From Verrucomicrobiota bacterium (GTDB lineage: Bacteria > Verrucomicrobiota > Verrucomicrobiia > Limisphaerales > UBA11358), in NCBI GenBank assembly GCA_050010435.1, contig JBEKKZ010000012.1:7690-71689 (forward strand): a stretch of 64,000 nt of DNA. The letters run 5' to 3'. The position numbers and the translations under genes are program-made. Below are positions 36,279 through 46,600 of the stretch, piece by piece. The stretch's first letter is position 1. Each line of letters opens with the position of its first letter. A model generated the notes under the pieces. That model did not search any database. It saw only the letters and a program-made list of their open reading frames with translations, and was not told the origin of the DNA.

Positions 36279-37052
36279 ATGAAATACAAAAACAAAGTCG
36301 TCGTTGTCACCGGCGCGAGCCGGGGGATCGGGCAGGCCATCGCCATTGCGTTTGCCCGCGAAGGCGCGAAGGTCGTGGGTGTGGCGCGGAGCGATTTGTC
36401 GGGAACGGCATCGCAGGTCAAAACCGCCGGCGGCGAATTTGTGGCCGTCAATGCCGATCTGGGCAAAACCACGCAGAAAGAGGCCGCGGATCTGGTGGCG
36501 CGGATTTTAAAGCAAACCGGGCGCATTGACGCGCTGGTCAACAACGCGGGCATCATCCGCCGCGCGCCGGCGGCGGATTTTTCCGAAGCGGATTGGAATG
36601 AAGTGTTGCAGACCAATTTGTCGGCGCCGTTTTTCCTTTGCCAGGCCGTGGCGAAATGGTGGCTGACGAGCGGACGCGGGAAATCGTCCGCCGCCGCGCG
36701 CTTGAAAATCGTGAACATCGCCTCGATGTTGTCGTTCCAGGGCGGCATCACCGTTGTTGCCTACGCGGCGAGCAAACATGGCGTCGCGGGAATCACGAAG
36801 GCCCTCGCCAACGAATGGGCGAAGGAACGCATCAACGTCAACGCCATCGCGCCCGGTTACATCGCCACGGAGAACACGAAGGCATTGCGCGAAGATGCCA
36901 GGCGCAACCAGGCCATCCTCGACCGCATTCCGGAAGGCCGTTGGGGCCGGCCGGAGGACATTGCGGGCGGCTGCGTTTTCCTGGCTTCGCCGGAGGCCGA
37001 TTATCTCAACGGCGCGGTCATTAACATTGACGGCGGCTGGCTGGGGCGCTAA
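36279..37052 (+). CDS. kduD: 2-dehydro-3-deoxy-D-gluconate 5-dehydrogenase / 2-deoxy-D-gluconate 3-dehydrogenase (SDR)
   Basis: MKYKNKVVVVTGASRGIGQAIA...NNAGI...YAASKHGVAG...; adjacent to kduI. Confidence 0.85.
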   Translation: MKYKNKVVVVTGASRGIGQAIAIAFAREGAKVVGVARSDLSGTASQVKTAGGEFVAVNADLGKTTQKEAADLVARILKQTGRIDALVNNAGIIRRAPAADFSEADWNEVLQTNLSAPFFLCQAVAKWWLTSGRGKSSAAARLKIVNIASMLSFQGGITVVAYAASKHGVAGITKALANEWAKERINVNAIAPGYIATENTKALREDARRNQAILDRIPEGRWGRPEDIAGGCVFLASPEADYLNGAVINIDGGWLGR

Positions 37053-37061
37053 GTCAGAAGC

Positions 37062-39464
37062 ATGAAGAAAGCTTCCCACCGTTGTGTCGTCTTCGCCGCC
37101 GCAATCGCTTTTCTCACGGCCAATTTTCAACTGGGCGCACAACCGCATGCGCCAGACATCATTACTCCATCGCCGCGCGCGCCGCAAAACCCGGCACAGC
37201 TCCATGAACGATTGGAAGGCGCACTCATCATGCCTCTTTCGCCGGACATCATACCCCAAAAGGTGCTCAAGGCGATGCAGCGCGTGGCGGACTGGCAGCT
37301 CGCGCATCCGGCCACCAATCCGCCCACCAGTTGGCTGCTGGGCGCGGAGAACGCGGGCATGATGGCGCTGGCGGGAATTTCCGGCGATGCCAAATATCGC
37401 GAGGCAATGCGGGCGGCGGGCGAAGCCAACGACTGGCGGCCCGGGCCGCAGTTTTACGACGCCGACGACTATTGCGTCGGCCAGGCTTACACCGAGCTTT
37501 ACTTCTTTTACCGCGAAAACCGGATGATCTCGCCGTTGCGCGAACGGTTCGATGCCATTCTGGCAAAACCGTCGGACGTGCCGGGTCTCGAATTCACGAA
37601 GGCGGAGAAGCGGGACAGAAAAAACTGGTCGTGGTGCGATTCGCTGTTCATGGGACCGCCGACGTGGCTGCGGCTTTACGCCGCGACCGACGATGAGCGC
37701 TATCTTGATTTCGCGGTGACGAACTGGTGGCGCACGACGGATTATCTTTACGACAAGGACGAACACCTCTTTTTCCGCGACAGCACGTTTTTCAGCCAGC
37801 GCGAAGCGAACAGGCAAAAAGTTTTCTGGAGCCGCGGCAACGGCTGGGTGCTGGCCGGCCTCGTCCGGGTGCTGCAATACCTGCCGATGAACCATCCCGA
37901 CCGTCCGCGTTTCGAGCAATTGTTCAAGGAAATGGCCGGAAAAATTCTGGCGTGCCAGCAACCGGACGGCCTCTGGCGCGCGAGCCTGCTCGACCCGGCC
38001 AGTTATCCGGCCAAGGAAACCAGCGGCTCCGGCTTTTTCACTTACGCTTTTGCGTGGGGCGTAAATCAAGGACTGCTCGACCGCGCGAAATTTGAACCAG
38101 CCATCCGCAAAGCGTGGGCGGCGCTCGTCGGTTGCGTGGAAGCCGATGGCAAACTCACGCACGTTCAGCCCGTCGGTGGCGCCCCGACAAAGTTCGCGCC
38201 GGATTCGACCGCACCTTACGGCGTCGGCGCCTTTTTGCTCGCGGGCAGCGAGGTTTACCGGCTGGCGGTTTTGGAGAAAACAAAGCCAATCGCCATCAAA
38301 GTTACCAATCCCACAAAGTTTCGCCGCGAGTGTGAAACGGTTGAAGTCGTAACCAAACGATTTCATATCGACGGATCTTGGATAAACTTCCCGGGACAAA
38401 TTGCTGTGATGGATGGTGAGTCTTCACGAGTTTTGGATTCGCAGATTTACAGTCTACAAGATTTTATTTCTAATACGGCTGAAAAATTACTTTTCCAAGT
38501 TGACCTTGCGCCGGGTGAGACGCGGATGTTTTACATTTTGGACGCAGAAGCATTGGCGGTCGTGCCGCCGCCCATCGTGAAGACGCTGGCGCGTTACGTG
38601 CCGGAACGCCATGACGATTTCGCGTGGGAAAGCGACCGCATCGCGCATCGAACCTATGGCCTGGCGCTCATCCCGGCGGAGGGAACCATCAGCAGCGGGC
38701 CGGATGTGTGGATCAAGACGTGGCGCAATCTCATGATCAACGAAATGTATGCGAGCGGTCATTACCACATGACCAATGGCACCGAAATGGACGATTACCG
38801 CGTCGGCAGCAGCCGCGGCTGCGGCGGCGTGGGCATTTGGGACGGCCAAAAACTTTATGTCTCCAGCAATTACCGGAACTGGAAGCTCATCACCACCGGC
38901 CCGATCCGGTCGGAATTTGAACTGACCTACGATGAGTGGGACGCCGCCGGTCGGAAAGTTTCCGAAACCAAACGCTACAGCATTGACGCCGGCTCGTGGT
39001 TCACCAAGGCGCAAAGCACGTTCGCCAGCGAAACCAATTCGCCGCTGACCATTGGTATCGGGCTGGCCGAACGCGCCTGTGGGCCGGACGGCGAGGAATT
39101 GATTGCGCAGGACCAGGCCGAGGGCTGGATGAGTTACTGGCAGCCGGAGGACAAGCCGAAAGGGACCATTGGCGTGGCGATCATTTTGCCGAAGGGCAGC
39201 ATAAACGAATTGACCAATGACAATCCGGCCATGCCCGATATCATGCTTCACGCCGTCGTGCCGCAACCGACGGTTGAAGGCGCGCCGCCGATCCGCAATT
39301 TGCTCGCCGTCACGCAGGTGAAGGCCGGCCAGCCGTTCACGTATTACTTCGGCGCGTGCTGGGATCGCAGCGGCGATTTTACCAATCACGTTGCATGGGA
39401 AAATTACGTGCGCCGCTTTGCCGAGCGCCGCGACGCGCCGCTACAGGTGACGATGGGGAACTGA
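37062..39464 (+). CDS. Secreted GH105/GH88-type unsaturated (rhamno)galacturonyl hydrolase fused to a DUF4861-like C-terminal domain (800 aa)
   Basis: Signal peptide MKKASHRCVVFAAAIAFLTANFQLGA. The alpha/alpha-barrel part has WSWCDSLFMGPP...FWSRGNGWVLAG...QQPDGLWRASLLDP...ETSGSGFF. The C-terminal ~400 aa resemble the DUF4861 family often seen beside kduI. Confidence 0.75.
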   Translation: MKKASHRCVVFAAAIAFLTANFQLGAQPHAPDIITPSPRAPQNPAQLHERLEGALIMPLSPDIIPQKVLKAMQRVADWQLAHPATNPPTSWLLGAENAGMMALAGISGDAKYREAMRAAGEANDWRPGPQFYDADDYCVGQAYTELYFFYRENRMISPLRERFDAILAKPSDVPGLEFTKAEKRDRKNWSWCDSLFMGPPTWLRLYAATDDERYLDFAVTNWWRTTDYLYDKDEHLFFRDSTFFSQREANRQKVFWSRGNGWVLAGLVRVLQYLPMNHPDRPRFEQLFKEMAGKILACQQPDGLWRASLLDPASYPAKETSGSGFFTYAFAWGVNQGLLDRAKFEPAIRKAWAALVGCVEADGKLTHVQPVGGAPTKFAPDSTAPYGVGAFLLAGSEVYRLAVLEKTKPIAIKVTNPTKFRRECETVEVVTKRFHIDGSWINFPGQIAVMDGESSRVLDSQIYSLQDFISNTAEKLLFQVDLAPGETRMFYILDAEALAVVPPPIVKTLARYVPERHDDFAWESDRIAHRTYGLALIPAEGTISSGPDVWIKTWRNLMINEMYASGHYHMTNGTEMDDYRVGSSRGCGGVGIWDGQKLYVSSNYRNWKLITTGPIRSEFELTYDEWDAAGRKVSETKRYSIDAGSWFTKAQSTFASETNSPLTIGIGLAERACGPDGEELIAQDQAEGWMSYWQPEDKPKGTIGVAIILPKGSINELTNDNPAMPDIMLHAVVPQPTVEGAPPIRNLLAVTQVKAGQPFTYYFGACWDRSGDFTNHVAWENYVRRFAERRDAPLQVTMGN

Positions 39465-39465
39465 A

Positions 39466-39554
39466 GGTAGGGCGGGCAGTCCTCTGCCCGCCGCTTTTGC
39501 CGACCAGAACCTCAAGTTTTCGACAACGGCGCGCAGGGGACTGCGCGCCCTACC
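39466..39554. repeat. GGTAGGGC...GCCCTACC element, short copy (89 bp) between convergent genes
   Basis: GGTAGGGCGGGCAGTCCTCTGCCCGCC ... GGCGCGCAGGGGACTGCGCGCCCTACC: two internal 9-bp hairpins plus outer complementary termini. Confidence 0.8.
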
Positions 39555-39568
39555 AACAAAGGTTTACT

Positions 39569-40213
39569 TCAGGCTTTCATTTGCGCCTGCGCGATGACTT
39601 TCATCGCTTCGGCGGTCAGCGCGGTGATTTTCGACCATGCCTTTTCCGTGACGAGCTTGCGCCCGGCCATCCACGAACCGCCAATGGCCGCGACCTGCGG
39701 CAACGCGAGATAATCCGGCAAATTCGTGGCGTTGATGCCGCCGGTGGGAACGAATTGCAATCCCGTGTGCGCGAATGGTCCGGCAAGCGCCTTGAGCATG
39801 GCCACACCGCCGGCCGCTTCCGCCGGGAAAAATTTCAAATGTTTCCAGCCGAGATCCAACGCCCGGCCTGTTTCCGTGGGCGTCATGACCCCCGGGAAAA
39901 ACGGGATTTTGTTTTTGTGTGCCGCCGCCAACACCGCTTCATTCAGGCCGGGCGACACGCCGAATTGCGCGCCCGCGTCAACTGCGCGCTGCACCTGTTC
40001 CGCCGTGAGCAATGTGCCCGCGCCGATATGCATTCCGGGCAGACCCTGACGGATGCGTTTGATGGACTCGGCGGCGGTGCTGGTGCGGAACGCGACTTCC
40101 ATGACCTTCAATCCGCCGGCGAGCAGGGCCCCGGCGAGCGGCACGGCGTCGTCCGGCTTGTCAATCACCGCCACGCAAATCAGCCGTTGTTTGAGGATGG
40201 ATTCGGTGTTCAT
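39569..40213 (-). CDS. eda: KDPG / KHG aldolase (2-dehydro-3-deoxyphosphogluconate aldolase)
   Basis: MNTESILKQRLICVAVIDKPDDAVPLAGALLAGGLKVMEVAFRT...GAGTLL...KFFPAE...PTGGI. Start set at the ATG at 40213. Confidence 0.9.
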   Translation of the reverse strand: MNTESILKQRLICVAVIDKPDDAVPLAGALLAGGLKVMEVAFRTSTAAESIKRIRQGLPGMHIGAGTLLTAEQVQRAVDAGAQFGVSPGLNEAVLAAAHKNKIPFFPGVMTPTETGRALDLGWKHLKFFPAEAAGGVAMLKALAGPFAHTGLQFVPTGGINATNLPDYLALPQVAAIGGSWMAGRKLVTEKAWSKITALTAEAMKVIAQAQMKA

Positions 40214-40286
40214 AAAATTCGTGCACGGATGATACACGGTCTGGTTGGTTGGTGAATACAAAAAGGCTTTGAAAGTTGATTAACGC

Positions 40287-40351
40287 ACCCCTCGCCCCGT
40301 CCCTCTCCCCGCGTGGCGGGGAGAGGGGGTCCGTCAGGACGGGAGAGGGGC
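40287..40351. repeat. Hairpin REP (CCCTCTCCCCGC-gtg-GCGGGGAGAGGG and flanking partial inverted repeat)
   Basis: Perfect 12-bp stem at about 40300-40327. Confidence 0.75.
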
Positions 40352-40408
40352 GATTTTTGTGTTTTGAAAAACCATTGGGAGGATTATTCTCGTTGAAACA
40401 AAACCAAT

Positions 40409-40816
40409 TTGCCCATGAACCTTTCCCTTGAACACATTGCCATTCCCGCCACGAACCCCATCGCCTTGAAAAAGTGGTATGAACGCGTCCTCGGCGCGCG
40501 ACCGATTTGGGACAACGGCCAGAACCCGCCGGTCTGTCTCATCGAGCTGCCCGGCGGCATATGGCTGGAAATTTACGCCACCGATTTGCCGCTGGCCGAT
40601 CGTGGCAACAACAAGCTCGCCGGTTTCCGGCATCTGGCGCTGCGCGTGGATTCGATTGACGCGGCGAAGACCGACCTGGCCCGGCGGGGGGTGAAGTTCG
40701 ATGATGAAATCCGGCAGGCGGCAGGCGGCGGAAGAGTTTTATTTTTCAACGATGGCGAAGGCAATCTGCTACACCTGGTTGAACGGCCGAAAGATTGGCA
40801 GCCTGGCAAAGCGTGA
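40409..40816 (+). CDS. VOC/glyoxalase-family protein
   Basis: LEHIAIPATNPIALKKWYERVLG...FRHLALRVDSIDAAKTDL...GEGNLLHLVE. Confidence 0.8.
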   Translation: MPMNLSLEHIAIPATNPIALKKWYERVLGARPIWDNGQNPPVCLIELPGGIWLEIYATDLPLADRGNNKLAGFRHLALRVDSIDAAKTDLARRGVKFDDEIRQAAGGGRVLFFNDGEGNLLHLVERPKDWQPGKA

Positions 40817-40854
40817 TGAAACGTCGGGCTGCGGAGTTTGGCCGGCTTGAGCGG

Positions 40855-41313
40855 TTACTGCGGCGGCTGGTGTCGGCCGCAGCGTTCGAGGTGTTTAACG
40901 AACGCGGAGAGGGTTTTCCTGCTGACATGGTGTTCCATGCCCTCCGCATCCAAATGGGCGACGGCGTCCGGAACACCGAGCGACTTGAGGAACTCGACCA
41001 CAATCTCGTGACGCCGACGTGATTCTTCAGAAAGTTTCCGACCGGCTTCGGTGAGCAAAATGGAGCGGTACGGCCGGGCGTTGACCAGTCCGCCGCGCTG
41101 GAGGCGCTGGATGGTGTGGTTGACGGTAACGTGTGTGACGCCCAGGCAGTGGGCCAGATCGGTCACCCGCGCCGCGCCGGTTGTGGCGATGAGTTCGGCA
41201 ATCAACTCCACGTAGTCCAGGGCGATTTCCTGGGAGTGCTCCTGCCGGGTGCGGCGGGGGTTGCCCTGGAGTGGCGGATGGACCTTGGCGGCTTTGGTCG
41301 GCGGGCAATTCAT
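40855..41313 (-). CDS. mntR: DtxR/MntR-family manganese-responsive transcriptional regulator
   Basis: EIALDYVELIAELIATTGAARVTDLAHCLGVTHVTVNHTIQRLQRGGLV...RRHEIVVEFL. Start set at the ATG at 41313. Confidence 0.85.
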   Translation of the reverse strand: MNCPPTKAAKVHPPLQGNPRRTRQEHSQEIALDYVELIAELIATTGAARVTDLAHCLGVTHVTVNHTIQRLQRGGLVNARPYRSILLTEAGRKLSEESRRRHEIVVEFLKSLGVPDAVAHLDAEGMEHHVSRKTLSAFVKHLERCGRHQPPQ

Positions 41314-41360
41314 ATTCCAAACTAAACCAAACCAAATTGCGGTTGACAATCTTTCTGGTA

Positions 41361-41383
41361 AATTGTAGCACAGGCTACAAATT
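41361..41383. promoter_or_regulatory. Candidate MntR operator: TTGTAGC-acag-GCTACAA palindrome in the mntR/mntH divergent region
   Basis: Perfect 7-bp inverted repeat at 41363-41369 and 41374-41380. A TTGACA hexamer lies at 41343-41348, 2-4 nt before the mntH ATG region. Confidence 0.5.
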
Positions 41384-41384
41384 G

Positions 41385-42824
41385 ATGGGCATGCCGGAAG
41401 AATTTGACAAAAAGGCGACAGCCGACGTGCACCGGCCGGCAGTCGGCGGCGCCGCCGCCCGCGCCAGCCACCCGTCGCTGGAGGGAGTGCATGGCACCGT
41501 GGCCGTGCCGCTGGCTCAAGCCGGCTTCTGGCGGCAATTGCGGGCGTTCGCGGGACCGGCAATCCTCGTCAGCGTCGGTTACATGGATCCCGGGAACTGG
41601 GGCACCGACCTGGCGGGCGGGGCGCAGTTCAAGTATGGCCTGCTCTGGGTCGTGGCCGTGGCCAGCTTTATGGCTGTTATCCTTCAGGTCATCGCAGCCC
41701 GTCTGGGTGTTGCCACGGGTAAAGATCTGGCCCAGTGCTGTCGCGACTGGTATCCTGGATGGTCCCGCTGGCCGAACTGGATTGCCATGGAAATTGCCAT
41801 TGCCGCCACGGATCTGGCCGAATCGCTGGGCAGTGCGGTCGCCTTGAATTTGCTTTTCCACATTCCCATGGCGTGGGCGATTGTCATTACCGCCTTCGAC
41901 GTGCTGCTCCTGCTCGCTTTGCAAGGGCTGGGCATGAGGATGATTGAGGCGGTGGTCGCGGTCTTTGTCGCCACCATTGGTGTCTGCTACGGCATCGAGA
42001 TTTTCATCCTTCCCCAGACGCAGCCCGGTTTTCTGGAGATGGGCCAGGCCCTGGTGCAGCCCAGCTTTCACGAAGCCGGCATGATCGTCGTGGCCATCGG
42101 CATGATCGGAGCAACCGTCATGCCCCACAATTTGTTCCTGCACTCGGCCCTGGTGCAAACGCGAAAGCTGAAGCGTGATGAGCATTCCATCCGCACCGCC
42201 ATCCGCTTCAACACCATTGACTCCACTGCCGCGCTGACCGTCGCGTTTTTCGTCAACGCGGCGATCCTGGTGCTGGCGGCAATGGTATTTTACGGGAAGC
42301 AGAGCGTGACGGTGGCGGGTGGCCAGATGGTTGTGTTCAACCCCGACAGCGATTGGATACGCATCGCCTATCTGACGCTGGCCCCGCTGTTGGGCACGAC
42401 GGCCGCCAGCACACTCTTTGCCGTGGCACTGCTGGCCAGCGGACAAAGCAGCACCATCACCGGCACGCTGGCCGGACAGGTGGTGATGGAAGGGTTCATG
42501 AGCTGGCGCATTCGCCCGTGGATCCGGCGGATGATCTCGCGCACCCTTGCGGTGGTGCCGGCAATCTGGATTATCAGCATTCGCGGCAATGGCAGCGTGA
42601 CCGATCTGGTCAACCTCAGTCAGGTCATTCTCTGCTTCATACTGCCTTTCGCCATGTTCCCGCTGCTGCACTTCACCTCCTCGCGCAAAATCATGGGCCA
42701 GTGGGCCAACGGCTGGTTTCTGATGGTTCTGGGCTGGGGCAGTGTGATATTGATTACATTGATGGACATCTATAGTTTGCCGGAGTCGCTCCAAGCAGCG
42801 TGGCACATCGTCGCCGGCGGATGA
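41385..42824 (+). CDS. mntH: Nramp-family divalent metal (Mn2+/Fe2+):H+ symporter
   Basis: GPAILVSVGYMDPGNWGTDLAGGAQFKY.LLWV...ATVMPHNLFLHSALV are Nramp signature motifs. Start set at the ATG at 41385. Confidence 0.9.
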   Translation: MGMPEEFDKKATADVHRPAVGGAAARASHPSLEGVHGTVAVPLAQAGFWRQLRAFAGPAILVSVGYMDPGNWGTDLAGGAQFKYGLLWVVAVASFMAVILQVIAARLGVATGKDLAQCCRDWYPGWSRWPNWIAMEIAIAATDLAESLGSAVALNLLFHIPMAWAIVITAFDVLLLLALQGLGMRMIEAVVAVFVATIGVCYGIEIFILPQTQPGFLEMGQALVQPSFHEAGMIVVAIGMIGATVMPHNLFLHSALVQTRKLKRDEHSIRTAIRFNTIDSTAALTVAFFVNAAILVLAAMVFYGKQSVTVAGGQMVVFNPDSDWIRIAYLTLAPLLGTTAASTLFAVALLASGQSSTITGTLAGQVVMEGFMSWRIRPWIRRMISRTLAVVPAIWIISIRGNGSVTDLVNLSQVILCFILPFAMFPLLHFTSSRKIMGQWANGWFLMVLGWGSVILITLMDIYSLPESLQAAWHIVAGG

Positions 42825-42854
42825 TGGCGCGCGGACAGCAGGAAAGGCACACGC

Positions 42855-43271
42855 ATGTATAAAACCATTCTCGTGACGTTGGATTGCACCGCGACCGACC
42901 GGGCGATTATCGAACACATCAAACAGCTTGCGAAGGGGATGCAAAGCCGCGTCGTGCTCCTGCACGTGGCCACCGGCGCGCTGGCCAAGTATCACGGCAA
43001 GAATGCGGCGGGCGCGGAGGTCGAAGAAAGCCGGGCGTATCTGGACCGAGTCCAGGCCGAGTTTGTCGCTGCCGGCATCCAGGCCGACGTGGAACTGGCT
43101 TACGGTGAACCGGTCAAAGAAATCGTCCATTGGGTACGGCAGAAAAAACCCGACCTGGTGGCGATGAGCACGCACGGTCATCATTTCATGGCCGATCTGG
43201 TTCTCGGAACAACGGCCATAACGGTACAACACAGCGTCAGTGTTCCGGTTCTTCTGCTCCGGGCCAGATGA
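42855..43271 (+). CDS. Universal stress protein (UspA family)
   Basis: MYKTILVTLDCTATDRAIIEHI...DLVAMSTHGHH...LGTTAITVQHSVSVPVLLL. Confidence 0.85.
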   Translation: MYKTILVTLDCTATDRAIIEHIKQLAKGMQSRVVLLHVATGALAKYHGKNAAGAEVEESRAYLDRVQAEFVAAGIQADVELAYGEPVKEIVHWVRQKKPDLVAMSTHGHHFMADLVLGTTAITVQHSVSVPVLLLRAR

Positions 43272-43302
43272 TCCAGGCAGCAACTTCCTTCATCGTTCAT
43301 CC

Positions 43303-43614
43303 ATGCGACCGGTGGACATTCAACAAATCGGCAACGAACTGGCCATCAAATGGGATGATGGCGGCGAGAATTTCATTCCGCTGGAGCAACTGCGGCGGGG
43401 TTGTCCGTGCGCGGGTTGCAAGGGCGAGGTGGACATCCTGGGAAACGTTTACAAAAACCCGGGAAAGGTCCTGACCCCGAAAGCTTTTGTATTGGTTCGC
43501 ATCGTTGGCGTGGGCGGTTACGCGATTCAGCCGATTTGGGCCGACGGGCATTCGACGGGAATTTATTCTTTCGATTACTTGAAACGGGTGGCCGGCGAAA
43601 ATTTGGGTGGTTGA
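43303..43614 (+). CDS. DUF971 family protein (gamma-butyrobetaine hydroxylase-like N-terminal domain)
   Basis: LAIKWDDGGENFIPLEQLRRGCPCAGCKGE...YAIQPIWADGHSTGIYSFDYL. Confidence 0.75.
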   Translation: MRPVDIQQIGNELAIKWDDGGENFIPLEQLRRGCPCAGCKGEVDILGNVYKNPGKVLTPKAFVLVRIVGVGGYAIQPIWADGHSTGIYSFDYLKRVAGENLGG

Positions 43615-43648
43615 AAAGGAAAACGGCGCGCTCGGATGAACGCGCCGT
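43613..43648 (-). terminator. Rho-independent terminator downstream of the giant minus-strand gene (bidirectional hairpin)
   Basis: ACGGCGCG (43623-43630) pairs with CGCGCCGT (43641-43648). On the minus strand the stem is followed by TTTTCCTTTT. Confidence 0.65.
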
Positions 43649-43666
43649 GATTGAACATCGGGCTTT

Positions 43667-46600
43667 TTACCGAAGAATCTGCACCCGGTAGAACCGTGTC
43701 TGACTGGTAGTGGTGTCATCAAATTCCATGTCCGTGCCGGTGCCAGTGTTGGTGGCGATGGCCGACCAACTGCCGGGGAAGAGACTGCTGGAGCTCAGAA
43801 TGACATACTGTTTGCCGCTGACGGTCGGCCAATGAATGGCGGCGGTTGCCCCGGCGGGAACCGGCGTTTTGCAATTCAAGCTCGGAAAATCATTGGGCGT
43901 GTTGGGGTCAACGCCAGCAACGTATTTTTGCCAGTTGTTTATGCCGTCGCCGGAGGGGCAGGCATTGGAAACGGACAAGAGGTTATTGACGGTGCCGAAC
44001 CAACGCAGGCGCCACAAATCAGGTATGCCGTCACCATAACTTGAGTTGGTGCGGCTGGACAGGGTGATCACACCGGTCAGCGTTTGTTTGGGGAACGAAG
44101 CAATGCCGTTCGGTGAGGCCGAGGCGTGATCGAAATGGATCGCGTAGGCGGACAGGCTCGTGGTGTTCGTCGGAATGGTGACGGTCAAGGTGCCGATGTT
44201 GGCTGTTCCCGTCAGCCCGGAAATGGTGTTGTCCAGCCAGACGGCGGAGGAATTGCCATTGCCTTTGGAATCTGTGGTGTAGGGATCACCCAATGCCGCG
44301 TTTGGAGTGAATTGCACGGCACTGGTCAGGGCCGGGGAACCGTCGAGCGGCGTGACGTTCAGGTTGAGCATTAACACTCGCAGCGGGTAGTTGCCGAATA
44401 TGGTTGCATTAATGGGAATTTGCACCGTCCGGCCTGCTGAACCAACAATATCTCCTGCCGTGAAGTTGACTTGTGGCAGGGTTGTGGCGCTGCTCTGTGC
44501 TGCGGATTGCGCAGAGAGGGACTTGCTGGTGATTAAGATTTTGGATGCCGCATGAGCCGCCACGTTGGGAGCACCAGTGTCGGCAACACGCTGACCATTG
44601 TTCCAGAAACGACGGAACCACGTCAGACTCGGGTCAAGAGAACGACGGAAGGTGACATACACGTCGCACACATCCAGCACCCCGTCACCGAAAGCGATTT
44701 GGTTGATGGCGGTGTCATCACCGTCAAACAGCGTGTTCAGGCTGGCGGGAATAGTGGGAAAATAAACGGTATTGGTTACGAACACGAGGTTGGTGCTGTA
44801 TGCGGGTGGGATGGATGTGGATGGCTGAATATAGGCAATGGTGGAAACTTCATTTACATAATAGGTGGTTAAGTAAAGGGGCTGCCAGACGGTCACCGGG
44901 GTAACATTAGTGCTGATAGGAACGCCATTGGTATCATAGTCAATGGCAGTGTAGGTAACCGAATAAGTAAAGACTGGTGGTCGGGTCGGGTAAGCGAAGG
45001 TATTCGTGTAATAGCCGTTATTGGCATCAGCCGGGTCTGAATCCAACACGCCAATATTTCCGCAAGAGTCCATGCCGTCAAAGAAATCACTGCCATCTAA
45101 TGGACCATTCAAGCCGTAAGCGGCGGCTTCGAAGACCTGCTCGACATCGGCATTGACAATGTTGCTGGATCCAAAATCGCCAGCGTTGAACCAGCGGAAC
45201 GGGTAAACGCTGCCAACGATATATTTTCTCTGGCCAATGGTTATGTTTTTTAAGGCGTTTATAGGACTGCCGCCCGCAGTGGAACCATTGGTTGGCGCAG
45301 CGATGTAAACATCCGAACCGGGAGCACCAACACCATCTGAAGTGGCAGATGGACGCCCGATTTGGATCTGGTAAACGTCGTTCGTTGTAGCAGCACGTGG
45401 AATCAAAAGTCCATACGCTCCTAATTCAACCTCATCAGGATATGCAGCATTTGGATACATTACGTCGTGAGCTCGGGAATAGGTTATCAAATCCTGTGAC
45501 TTGGTGATGTAGAGATTGGTCGCGCCGTATCGTTCGATCCAGCCGACTCCCAGAAGATTGCCATTTATGAACTGCAGGTCCTGATACCAATCTCCCTGGT
45601 ATCGGAAGACATCAATGTCCGAGGCAGGGGGAGGATTGGTGCCACTGGAAACAAAGGCCCAGGTGGGAATGTCAAGAAAAAAGCCTGGATTTGCAGGATC
45701 TGGCTTTTCCAGCATGGACGTAAACCAAAAGAGACCAGGCACAGCGATTGGACCAAGATTGGTAACAGTAATATTGAACTGAAGACTGTAAATCACGACT
45801 GACGGCATAGTAGTCAAAGTGACCGGTGCATAGAAAAACTGGCCAGGTGAGGCGACGAAATCGCTGGAGGCTTCGCCCGAGGCAAAGCCGAAGCTGATGG
45901 TGTTCGGCAAATAATTGGCTGCCGTAAAAGTTTGCGAGGCAATTCCGCTCGGCAAATAACCAGAGCGGAAGGCGCGGGCTTGGAAAAGAATATTGCTGCT
46001 CGTACTACTCATGGCAATGGAAAGCGTGACCGGAAGGCCGTTGGTGATAGTACCCCCCCAAATGCTGGGCGGGGCGTTGGTTGGAACAGTGCCGTCAATG
46101 GTGTACCATAACGCCACGTTGGTCGTGATGTCACTGACGGTGAACTGTGCGCCATTGTTTCCATTAATCGTCGGATTGCCAACCTGGAATAGAAACTCGG
46201 CCGTGGTAACCGGGCCCCTTACTCCGTTTGTGCCACCATTAACATTAACCGCTTTAATCACCAAGTCCGGCACAATCGTCACGTTTAAAGGCAAATCAGA
46301 CGAGTAATCGTAATCGTGGTCACGATAAGCAGGCGGAGAGAATTCGTTTGTCACGCTGGGAACAGAGGAATCTACCGTGTAATAGGTGTTGACGCCGGCT
46401 ACGGTCGGATCAATGGCGATGTTCACGTCATTGTTAAATACAAGTATGCTGACGGGGTGGAGCACGGTCCAAAATCTATCGCTTGAAGTGTCCAATTCAA
46501 CATCAAACCAACCGATCCTCGGCGCTGGCGGCGGCGGTATCGGCGGCGTGTAGCTCACTTCCAAAGAGTTTGTACCCTCGCCGCCGCCATTCAGGGCTGA

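Noticed and set aside
40855-41562. 235-aa version of the mntR ORF, and 41271 start of the mntH ORF
   Set aside because: The extensions overlap each other and the divergent promoter. The conserved DtxR-family and Nramp sequence begins at 41313 and 41385 respectively.
41322-43283. 653-aa antisense ORF across mntH and usp
   Set aside because: Similar long antisense ORFs occur at 36507..38399, 12959..14614, 27881..29479, 29555..31018, 26266..27651, 58653..60068, 15306..16673, 16893..18314 and 1773..2483. Their translations are Arg/Gly/His/Pro-rich and low in complexity, with no motifs. Each lies opposite a gene with clear family signatures, which is expected for GC-rich DNA.
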